From assembly GCA_015522145.1 (NCBI GenBank), contig WAMV01000003.1, positions 1 through 12,597 on the forward strand: a stretch of 12,597 nucleotides of DNA, written 5' to 3'. How positions within the stretch are numbered: the stretch's first letter is position 1; the number at the start of each line of letters is the position of its first letter. Below are positions 1 to 6,770 of this stretch, one piece after another. This DNA comes from Candidatus Aenigmatarchaeota archaeon. GTDB lineage: Archaea; Aenigmatarchaeota; Aenigmatarchaeia; CG10238-14; WAMV01. The notes under the pieces were generated by a model. That model was not told where the DNA came from. It ran no database searches and worked only from the letters and a program-made list of their open reading frames with translations. Made by a program: the position numbers and the translations under genes.

Positions 1-1
1 C

Positions 2-1450
2 TACATAACCACACCAATATACTATGTAAATGATAAGCCCCACATAGGACATGCTTATACTACGATAGCAGCAGACATTATAGCAAGATATTACAGACTT
101 AAAGGTTATGATGTTTTTTTCTTGACTGGGACTGATGAAAACAGTCAGAAAAATGTTGAGGCTGCGAAAAAAGTTGGTATGTCAGTAAAGAAGTACTTAG
201 ATGAAATGGCAAAGATATGGAAAAAAACGTGGAAGGTTTTGAATATAAGCTACGATTATTTCATAAGAACAACCAACACAAAACATAAGAAGGGTGTCAT
301 TAAATTTTTTAAGAAAGTTTACAAAAAAGGAGATATTTATCTGGGACAGTATTCTGGGTTGTATTGTGTTGCTTGTGAAGCTTTTCTTACGAAAAGAGAT
401 TTAGACAAGCAAGGACTATGCAAGCTTCACAAAAAGAAACCCATAGAAATAAAAGAAGAAAACTATTTTTTCGCTGCATCTAAGTATAAGGAAAGGCTGA
501 TAAAATTCATAAAAAAGAATAAGAAGTTTATTGAACCTGAGGGTAGGAGAAATGCTGTTCTCGAGTATTTAGAAAAACACTTCCAGGATATAAGCATAAC
601 CAGGTACAAGGCTGAATGGGGAATTACTAGTCCCATAGACAAAAATCACAAAATCTATGTCTGGTTTGATGCCTTAATAAATTATCTGACAGGTATTGGT
701 TATGGTTGGGATGAAAAGAAGTTTAAGAAGTATTGGCCTGCAGACGTTCATTTAATAGCTAAAGATATATTAAAGTTTCATGCAGCATTATGGCCAGCTA
801 TGCTTTTAAGCGCTGGCTTACCTCTGCCTAAAAAAGTATTTGCTCATGGATTTTTGACTGTTGATGGACAAAAAATGAGTAAAACAATAGGGAATGTTGT
901 TGATCCTGTGGAACTTGCGAAAAAATATCCTGTCGATGCCATAAGATTTTACTTATTTAGACATATTGGTTTTGGTGAGGATGGAGATTTTAGCGAGGAA
1001 AAGTTGAAAGAAACCATAAATAATGAATTGGTTAACGATTTGGGAAATTTGGTTTATAGAGTTTTATCTTTAGCTGAGAAATTTGGCTACAGCAAGTATG
1101 GTAAAAAAGAGCTGGAAAAGAAGCTCAAGCTAAGAAAAATAGAAAAACACATGGAGAGGTTGGAGCTTCACCTAGCTTTGGATGAAATATGGAAATTTGT
1201 TAAAGAAACTAACAGATACATTAACGCAAAAAAACCATGGCAAAACGAAAGAATTGCTAAGCAAGTAAATTATAATTTGCTTGAAGCGCTGAGAATAATA
1301 GCAATTCTTTTGTATCCTTTCATGCCTTCCACAAGCCTTAAGATTTGTAAGCAATTGGGTGTAAAGCTAGGTAGCTGGAAAGACTGTAAGTTTAAAAGGT
1401 TTGAAGGCAAAATTAAAAAAGGAGAGTATTTGTTTGTAAAGGTGAAATGA
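2..1450 (+). CDS. metG: Methionyl-tRNA synthetase catalytic core, 5'-truncated by the window edge (bacterial MetRS1-like, single knuckle)
   Basis: Frame is open from nt 2: YITTPIYYVNDKPHIGHAYTTIAAD (HIGH at 41-52), YC-x2-C...C-x2-H knuckle, YVWFDALINY, KDILKFH, KMSKT (872-886). The TTG start at 122 in the ORF track is internal. Confidence 0.97.
   Translation, partial: YITTPIYYVNDKPHIGHAYTTIAADIIARYYRLKGYDVFFLTGTDENSQKNVEAAKKVGMSVKKYLDEMAKIWKKTWKVLNISYDYFIRTTNTKHKKGVIKFFKKVYKKGDIYLGQYSGLYCVACEAFLTKRDLDKQGLCKLHKKKPIEIKEENYFFAASKYKERLIKFIKKNKKFIEPEGRRNAVLEYLEKHFQDISITRYKAEWGITSPIDKNHKIYVWFDALINYLTGIGYGWDEKKFKKYWPADVHLIAKDILKFHAALWPAMLLSAGLPLPKKVFAHGFLTVDGQKMSKTIGNVVDPVELAKKYPVDAIRFYLFRHIGFGEDGDFSEEKLKETINNELVNDLGNLVYRVLSLAEKFGYSKYGKKELEKKLKLRKIEKHMERLELHLALDEIWKFVKETNRYINAKKPWQNERIAKQVNYNLLEALRIIAILLYPFMPSTSLKICKQLGVKLGSWKDCKFKRFEGKIKKGEYLFVKVK
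1439..1445 (+). promoter_or_regulatory. Shine-Dalgarno site for the tRNA-binding protein gene
   Basis: AAGGTGA, 5 nt before the GTG at 1451; matches the archaeal GGAGGTGA-type SD. Confidence 0.65.
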
Positions 1451-1771
1451 GTGATAAGTTATGAAGAATTCAAAAAAGTTGAGATGAGAATTGGTAAAGT
1501 GATTTCGGCTGAAAAAATACCTGGTGCAAAAAAACTTTTAAGATTAGTAGTGGATTTTGGTAATGAGAAAAGGCAGGCAGTTTCTGGAATAGCTGACCAA
1601 TACAAGCCTGAAGATCTAATAGGCAAGAAGTTTGCTTTTGTTGTTAATTTGGAACCAAGAAAGTTCATGGGTGTAGAAAGTCAATGTATGATTTTAGCTG
1701 CGGAAAAAGATGGTAAAGTCGCTTTATTAGCTCCTGTAGTTGATATAGAAGAAGGAGCTGAAATTTTATGA
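1451..1771 (+). CDS. Free-standing tRNA-binding OB-fold protein (MetRS C-terminal domain / Trbp111 / CsaA family)
   Basis: ISYEEFKKVEMRIGKV, KLLRLVVDFG..KRQAVSGI and VNLEPRKFMGVESQCMILAA are family motifs. GTG start with SD. Confidence 0.93.
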   Translation: MISYEEFKKVEMRIGKVISAEKIPGAKKLLRLVVDFGNEKRQAVSGIADQYKPEDLIGKKFAFVVNLEPRKFMGVESQCMILAAEKDGKVALLAPVVDIEEGAEIL

Positions 1772-2235
1772 AGTATGTTAAGGATTACATGAACAAAAAA
1801 GTTGTTTATTTGGAGCCAGAGATGAATATATTTGAAGCAGCTAAATTATTAGCCCAACATAACATTTCTGGAGCGCCTGTGGTTAAGAATGGTAAGCTTG
1901 TTGGCATGCTTAGTGTTAGCGACATACTAAAAACAATAAAGAAAAAAATAAAGATAAAAGAATCTGAAATACCTGAGTTTCACTTGCTAACAGTAACTTT
2001 GCTTTTTACTATCAAAGAAAAAGTAGAGTTTACAAAGTACCTAGAAAAAGTTTCGAAAATAAAAGTCAAAAAAATAATGAGCAAAATAGTTTATTCTGTC
2101 AAACCTGAAGACACTGTGTTAAAGGCCGCAGAAATAATGGAGAAACATGACGTAAATAGGTTGCCTGTGGTTAAAGATGGGAAGCTTGTGGGTATAATAG
2201 CTAGGGCAGACATAATAAGGGCTTTGGTTGAATAA
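1768..2235 (+). CDS. CBS-domain pair protein
   Basis: Two CBS repeats (VKDYMN...ISGAPVVKNGKLVGMLSVSDI; VKKIMS...VNRLPVVKDGKLVGIIARADI). ATGA overlap with the upstream stop. Confidence 0.93.
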   Translation: MKYVKDYMNKKVVYLEPEMNIFEAAKLLAQHNISGAPVVKNGKLVGMLSVSDILKTIKKKIKIKESEIPEFHLLTVTLLFTIKEKVEFTKYLEKVSKIKVKKIMSKIVYSVKPEDTVLKAAEIMEKHDVNRLPVVKDGKLVGIIARADIIRALVE

Positions 2236-2268
2236 ATGTTTTATACTAGTAAGGAAAAGTTGATTATA

Positions 2269-2979
2269 ATGACCCAGGCGCTTTACATGGATGATTCTTA
2301 CATAAAGGAATTTGAAGCAAAAATAACAAAGATTGACGGCAATAAAGTTTACTTAGATAAAACAGCCTTTTATCCTAGGGGCGGTGGTTTAGTAAGCGAT
2401 ACTGGAAAGTTAGTAAAAGATTCCAAAGAGTATAAGGTTGTTTTTGTTGGTAAAGAATCTGGAGAAATTTATCATGAAGTTGAAAATGTAGAAGGTTTAG
2501 CTAAAGGAGATATGGTAAAGGGTATTATAGATTGGGAAAGACGCTATAGAGTAATGAGGATGCATACAGCCAGCCATATAATAAGCGCATTACTCTACAA
2601 AGCTAGAAATTGTTTAATTACTGGAAATCAAATAAGTTATGATAAAAGCAGGATAGATTTTAACTTAGAAACAATGGATAAGAAATTTTTACAAAATATA
2701 ATTGAGAAATCAAACAAAGTTGTAGAAATGGGCATAGAAGTTAAAGTTTATTATTTGCCTAAAGAAGAAGCTTTCAAAATCCCAGGTATAGTAAAGCTAG
2801 CGGGCAAGCTACCACCAAACGTTGAAAAACTTAGGATTGTAGAAATAGAAAACATAGACATACAGGCTGATGGAGGTGTGCATGTAAAAAACACCAAAGA
2901 AATTGGAAAAATTGTTTTGTTAAAAACCGAAAACAAAGGAAAAAATAATAGACGTTTGTATTTTACTGTAGAACCTTAA
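2269..2979 (+). CDS. alaXM: AlaX-M type free-standing alanyl-tRNA editing protein
   Basis: LY.DDSY, TAFYPRGGG..SDTG, RMHTASH (HxxxH), DGGVHVKNTKEIG, NKGKNNRR. ATG 2269 (MTQALY) fits the usual family N-terminus better than ATG 2236. Confidence 0.93.
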   Translation: MTQALYMDDSYIKEFEAKITKIDGNKVYLDKTAFYPRGGGLVSDTGKLVKDSKEYKVVFVGKESGEIYHEVENVEGLAKGDMVKGIIDWERRYRVMRMHTASHIISALLYKARNCLITGNQISYDKSRIDFNLETMDKKFLQNIIEKSNKVVEMGIEVKVYYLPKEEAFKIPGIVKLAGKLPPNVEKLRIVEIENIDIQADGGVHVKNTKEIGKIVLLKTENKGKNNRRLYFTVEP

Positions 2980-2983
2980 ATTT

Positions 2984-3098
2984 TGCCGGGGGTGGGATTC
3001 GAACCCACGAAGGGCCTACGCCCAGCGGGTTTCCTATCATCAAATCAAAGCTCAAGTAATCTTGAGCCCGCCGCCATTGACCACTAGGCGACCCCGGC
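2984..3098 (-). tRNA. tRNA-Leu(CAA) with a 30-nt intron at canonical position 37/38; CCA not encoded
   Basis: Minus strand: acceptor GCCGGGG/CCCCGGC-A, anticodon stem GCGGG/CCCGC, loop CT-CAA-G[intron]A (anticodon 3064-3062), long variable arm, T arm GTGGG-TTCGAAT-CCCAC. Confidence 0.96.
3031..3060 (-). ncRNA. tRNA intron (AUUACUUGAGCUUUGAUUUGAUGAUAGGAA); candidate minimal box C'/D' guide for Cm34
   Basis: Removing exactly 3031-3060 restores a 7-nt anticodon loop, so the intron itself is near-certain. It contains an anti-anticodon CUUGAGCU, a D-like UUGA and a C-like UUGAUGA. The guide role is inferred and the confidence reflects that. Confidence 0.65.
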
Positions 3099-3135
3099 AA
3101 TATAAAATTAAGCCTAACTAAATAAAATTTTTGTT

Positions 3136-4968
3136 ATGGATGTATTTGGATTCGTTAAAGAAAAACTAGAGGAAAAATTAAACATCAAGCTGGATAAATA
3201 TTTGGAATTTCCAAAACCAGAATTTGGGGATCTTGCAATAACCTTGGCTTTTGAAAAGGCTAGAAAAGAAAAGATTGGTTTAAATGAAGCCGCTCAAGAA
3301 ATTGCAAGAAGAATCGAGGATTTGGAGATAATAGATAAAGTAGAGGTTGTTAATGGTTATGTCAACTTAAGTTTGAATTGGAAAATATTAGGTAAAGAAT
3401 TTTTAACAAAAAGTATTGAGCTCCCCAACATTGGCAAAAGTAAAAAAATAATTATTGAACACACAAGTGTAAACCCAAATAAAGCGTTGCACATAGGCCA
3501 CTTAAGAAATGCTTGCTTAGGCGATAGCTTAGCTAGATTGTTAAAGAAAGTGGGCTATGATGTTAAAGTATTAAACTACATTGATGATACAGGTTTGCAA
3601 ATAGGCTACCATCTTTTAGCTTTTAAGGAATTAGGCTATAATTTTGATGTCGAAAAGAAATTTGATATTTATGCTAGTGAAATTTATCCAGAAATCATAG
3701 GAAAAGTTAAAGAAAATCCAGAATTGGAAGAAAAAGCAAGAAAAATAATAAAGAGATTGGAAGAGGGAGATGAAGAAATTTTAAACTTGGCTGAGAAGTT
3801 TGTCAGAAAAGTTTTGCTTGCACAATTACAAACCCTTTGGAATCTTAACATTTTTTATGATTTGCTGAATTTTGAATCTCACATAATTTTGTTTGATTTG
3901 TGGAAAGAAGCTTTTGAAAAGCTAAAAAGTCTTGGTTTAGTAAAAAAGGTTGAAGATGGTAAGCTTAAAGACTGTTGGGTTTTTGAAGCTAAAGGTAAGG
4001 AGTTTGAAAATTTAAAAGAAGCTGATAAGGTTTTAGTAAGGAGTGATGGAACTCTTGTGTATACAGCTAAAGATATTGCTTACGCAATGTGGAAGCATGG
4101 ACTAATAGATAAAGACTTCAAGTATGTTGAGTTTGTTGAACAACCAAATGGTCATGTATTATATGCTACACATCCAGAAGGAAAAGCTATGAAAGGATTT
4201 AACAATGTTGAAATTTCCATTAACGTTATAGATGTCAGACAAACATATGTTCAAAAAATAGTGCAAAATGCTATAGAAAGATTGAATCCAAAAGCTAAAT
4301 ACATACACTATGCTTATGAAGTCGTAGCTTTAAGCAGGGGTACAGCAAGCTTATTGGGGATTGAAACAGACAAAGAGTTTTTACATATGTCTGGAAGAAA
4401 AGGTGTTATAGTTAATGTCGATGATGTTTACAATACTTTACTTCAAAAGATAATGGAAGAGACCAAGAAAAGAAATCCCGATATGGATGAAAAACTAGTG
4501 AGGGAAATTTCTGAAAAAATTGCTAAATCTACGCTAAGATATGAATTGATAAAAATGGACAGAAACAAAATTTTAGTTTTTGATATAGTGGATTCTCTAA
4601 AGATTGAAGGCGATACAGCAAGCTACTTGCAATACTCTTACGTAAGGGGTAAAAACGTGCTTAAAAAGTATGGAAAAAATGTGGAGGTAATTTCAAAAAT
4701 CGAAGATTTAAACAAAGAAGAAAAGGAACTGTTAAAAACAATGGCTAAATTACCCTTTGTTATAGAAAAATCCGTAAATCTCTTAGATTTAAGCATAATA
4801 GCAAATTACGCAATTTCTCTAGCTAACTCATTCAACTTATTCTACGAAAAACACAGAGTGGTTGGAAGTGAGAAAGAAGTCTTGAGGCTTAATATAGTCA
4901 AGAGATTCTTAGAAATTATGGAAATTTGTTTTGAAATAATGGGTATTGAGAAGTTAGAGGTTATGTAA
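3136..4968 (+). CDS. argS: Arginyl-tRNA synthetase (archaeal type)
   Basis: FGDLA; IEHTSVNPNKALHIGHLRNACLGD; RSDGT..YTAKDIAY; MSGRKG; YLQYSYVR; FN.FYE..RV anticodon-binding domain. Confidence 0.97.
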   Translation: MDVFGFVKEKLEEKLNIKLDKYLEFPKPEFGDLAITLAFEKARKEKIGLNEAAQEIARRIEDLEIIDKVEVVNGYVNLSLNWKILGKEFLTKSIELPNIGKSKKIIIEHTSVNPNKALHIGHLRNACLGDSLARLLKKVGYDVKVLNYIDDTGLQIGYHLLAFKELGYNFDVEKKFDIYASEIYPEIIGKVKENPELEEKARKIIKRLEEGDEEILNLAEKFVRKVLLAQLQTLWNLNIFYDLLNFESHIILFDLWKEAFEKLKSLGLVKKVEDGKLKDCWVFEAKGKEFENLKEADKVLVRSDGTLVYTAKDIAYAMWKHGLIDKDFKYVEFVEQPNGHVLYATHPEGKAMKGFNNVEISINVIDVRQTYVQKIVQNAIERLNPKAKYIHYAYEVVALSRGTASLLGIETDKEFLHMSGRKGVIVNVDDVYNTLLQKIMEETKKRNPDMDEKLVREISEKIAKSTLRYELIKMDRNKILVFDIVDSLKIEGDTASYLQYSYVRGKNVLKKYGKNVEVISKIEDLNKEEKELLKTMAKLPFVIEKSVNLLDLSIIANYAISLANSFNLFYEKHRVVGSEKEVLRLNIVKRFLEIMEICFEIMGIEKLEVM

Positions 4969-5420
4969 TGTTGTTGGGTAAAGAAGATTTAGAAATTTTT
5001 ATGAGAGAAAATGGCATAAAGGGCAAAATAATTTGTTTTGAAAAACCAGTAATGAGTAGCGAACAAGCAAAAGAGTTTGTGGGTAGAAAAGTTGTTAAAA
5101 GTATATTGATTATGGTCGATAACAAACCTGTGCTTTGTATACTTCCGGGGAGCAAAAGAGTTGATTTTGAAAAAATTAAGAAAATATTTAACGCTAAAGA
5201 GGTAAGGCTATGTAAAGCTAAAGAGGTTAAAGAAATAACTGGCTATGATATAGGTAGCCTACCTCCTTTCGGTCATAAACAAAAAATAAAAACTATAGTT
5301 GATGAGAGTGTTTTAGAATATGATGTTATGTATTTTGGAGGTGGTAGCCATTATTGTCTACTAAAACTTGATAAAGAAGAATTTCTTAAGCTGGGGTTTA
5401 AGATTAATCAAATTTGCTAG
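4968..5420 (+). CDS. YbaK/ProX (INS superfamily) aminoacyl-tRNA deacylase
   Basis: VVKSILI (conserved Lys), TGYDIGSLPPFG (GxxxP loop), YFGGG. TAATG overlap with the argS stop. Confidence 0.92.
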   Translation: MLLGKEDLEIFMRENGIKGKIICFEKPVMSSEQAKEFVGRKVVKSILIMVDNKPVLCILPGSKRVDFEKIKKIFNAKEVRLCKAKEVKEITGYDIGSLPPFGHKQKIKTIVDESVLEYDVMYFGGGSHYCLLKLDKEEFLKLGFKINQIC

Positions 5421-5421
5421 A

Positions 5422-5506
5422 TGCCGGGGGTGGGATTCGAACCCACGAAGGCGCTAACGCCAGTGGCCCCTGAAGCCACCGCCATTGACCACTAGGCGAC
5501 CCCGGC
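5422..5506 (-). tRNA. tRNA-Leu(CAG), intronless; CCA not encoded
   Basis: Acceptor GCCGGGG/CCCCGGC-A, anticodon arm GTGGC-TT-CAG-GG-GCCAC (anticodon 5472-5470), long variable arm, TTCGAAT T loop. Confidence 0.96.
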
Positions 5507-5541
5507 TTGACAGATTTTACTAAAAAATTAAAAAGGAAAAG

Positions 5542-5736
5542 TTATTTTTCTTCGTAAATCACTAGTTCCTTATGTTCTGCCTCAAACCCATATGCTGAAT
5601 GGCTACCGTCGCAAAAAGGCTTGTTGGTGCTATAGCCACATCTGCACAAAGCCGCATCTATTCTATCGTTAATTTTTACCAGTATAGGACCGTTTTCTAC
5701 AAACTCTAAAGAAACCTTCTTCACTTTCTCTGTCAT
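5542..5736 (-). CDS. CDGSH iron-sulfur ([2Fe-2S]) domain protein
   Basis: Exact motif LCRCGYSTNKPFCDGSH, preceded by NGPILV. Confidence 0.95.
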   Translation of the reverse strand: MTEKVKKVSLEFVENGPILVKINDRIDAALCRCGYSTNKPFCDGSHSAYGFEAEHKELVIYEEK

Positions 5737-5760
5737 GAAATTTAAGTTAAAAGCTTGATT

Positions 5761-5997
5761 TTAAAAAGGTATACCTATTACGTAAAGGGCTAAAGTGGAG
5801 TGTATGAGAACTGAGATAGCAAAGACCCACCAGTAGTAGCAGTGATTGTGGTAGAATTTCCTGAACTTTTTGTATTTCATTAACTTAAATAACAGATTGC
5901 CTGAAAAACACCTACAGCTGAAGAAAATGAATATAAAACTTAATACATTTATTATACCCGTAACAAAAACTATCTGGGCTAGCGTTGGATGAACCAT
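5761..5997 (-). CDS. Small two-helix membrane protein with CxC and a His52/His66 pair; function unknown
   Basis: Two hydrophobic segments (about residues 6-27 and 54-76) with a Lys/Arg-rich loop. Tightly packed between bcp (8 nt gap) and the CDGSH gene (24 nt gap). Confidence 0.8.
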   Translation of the reverse strand: MVHPTLAQIVFVTGIINVLSFIFIFFSCRCFSGNLLFKLMKYKKFRKFYHNHCYYWWVFAISVLIHSTLALYVIGIPF

Positions 5998-6005
5998 AAA
6001 ATTTA

Positions 6006-6467
6006 TTATTTAATTAGACTTTTAAGAGTTTGTAAAACTTCTTTGGCATGGTCCCTTGGCTTAACTTTTCTCCATTCGTAAACTATTTTGCCTTCTTTAT
6101 TTATTAGGAAGGTTGATCTCTCTATTCCGTAATGCTCCTTGCCAGCTGTTTTTTTAAGCTTCCAAACTTTATAGGCTTTTAAAACTTTCTTTTCTTTATC
6201 GCTAAGTAATTGTACTTTCAAATTGTGCTTTTCACAGAATTTTTTATGGCTTTCAACGCTATCAGCACTCACACCAATAACAATTGCATTGAGCTTCTTA
6301 AATTGAGGTAGTAGCTTTGTAAATTCTATAGCTTCTATTGTACAGCCCGGGGTGTTATCTTTGGGGTAAAAATATAGAACGACATAGTCATAGCTATCTA
6401 GTAAACTTTTTAGACAAATCTCTTCACCTTTTTGATTTGGTAAACAAAAATCTTTAGCGCTTTCCAT
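6006..6467 (-). CDS. bcp: Peroxiredoxin, BCP/PrxQ family
   Basis: VLYFYPKDNTPGCTIEA (peroxidatic Cys), GVSADS..SHKKFCEKH, RSTFLI, VKP..HA.EV. Confidence 0.95.
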   Translation of the reverse strand: MESAKDFCLPNQKGEEICLKSLLDSYDYVVLYFYPKDNTPGCTIEAIEFTKLLPQFKKLNAIVIGVSADSVESHKKFCEKHNLKVQLLSDKEKKVLKAYKVWKLKKTAGKEHYGIERSTFLINKEGKIVYEWRKVKPRDHAKEVLQTLKSLIK

Positions 6468-6472
6468 GCTTT

Positions 6473-6620
6473 CTATTTAGAATTTCCTCCAATTATATAG
6501 CCTAAACCCAAGCCTATGAATATACCTGGCAAAAGTTGGTTTGTAAGAAATCCTATACCCACACCCAAGAACAAAAACCCGTTTCTTATGTTCTTTCTTT
6601 TTCTTGGCTCTTGTTTTCAT
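6473..6620 (-). pseudogene. Probable small glycine-rich membrane protein gene with a 1-nt frameshift near its start (or an assembly error)
   Basis: Frame 6616-6473 reads KQEPRKRKNIRNGFLFLGVGIGFLTNQLLPGIFIGLGLGYIIGGNSK* and ends 5 nt before the bcp ATG. The nearby ATG (6620) is one base out of frame. Confidence 0.5.
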
Positions 6621-6655
6621 ATTTTATTTTATGACTATCAAAATATTTTAGCTCA

Positions 6656-6727
6656 CGCCCCGGGTGGGATTCGAACCCACGACCTTCCGGTTAACAGCCG
6701 GGCGCTCTACCACTGAGCTACCGGGGC
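6656..6727 (-). tRNA. tRNA-Asn(GTT); CCA not encoded
   Basis: Acceptor GCCCCGG/CCGGGGC-G, D arm GCTC/GAGC, loop CT-GTT-AA (anticodon 6695-6693), T arm GTGGG-TTCGAAT-CCCAC. Confidence 0.96.
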
Positions 6728-6770
6728 TTAATTTATAAAATGGAAATTAAGCTAAATTAAAGTTTTATTT

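Noticed and set aside
1172..2936. Minus-strand ORFs 1172-1354, 1459-1668 and 2751-2936
   Set aside because: Antisense shadows of well-supported genes, with no motifs.
4961..5155. Minus-strand 64-aa ORF
   Set aside because: Antisense to the YbaK-family gene.
2984..5506. Integrated mobile element bounded by tRNA-Leu att sites
   Set aside because: Both copies are complete tRNAs with different anticodons, the enclosed genes are housekeeping, and there is no integrase.
6686..6702. C27.A43 mismatch in the tRNA-Asn anticodon stem as a sign of C-to-U editing
   Set aside because: Mismatches at 27-43 occur in functional tRNAs; nothing else supports editing.
6516..6716. Plus-strand 66-aa ORF
   Set aside because: Overlaps tRNA-Asn in antisense and the better minus-strand membrane frame.
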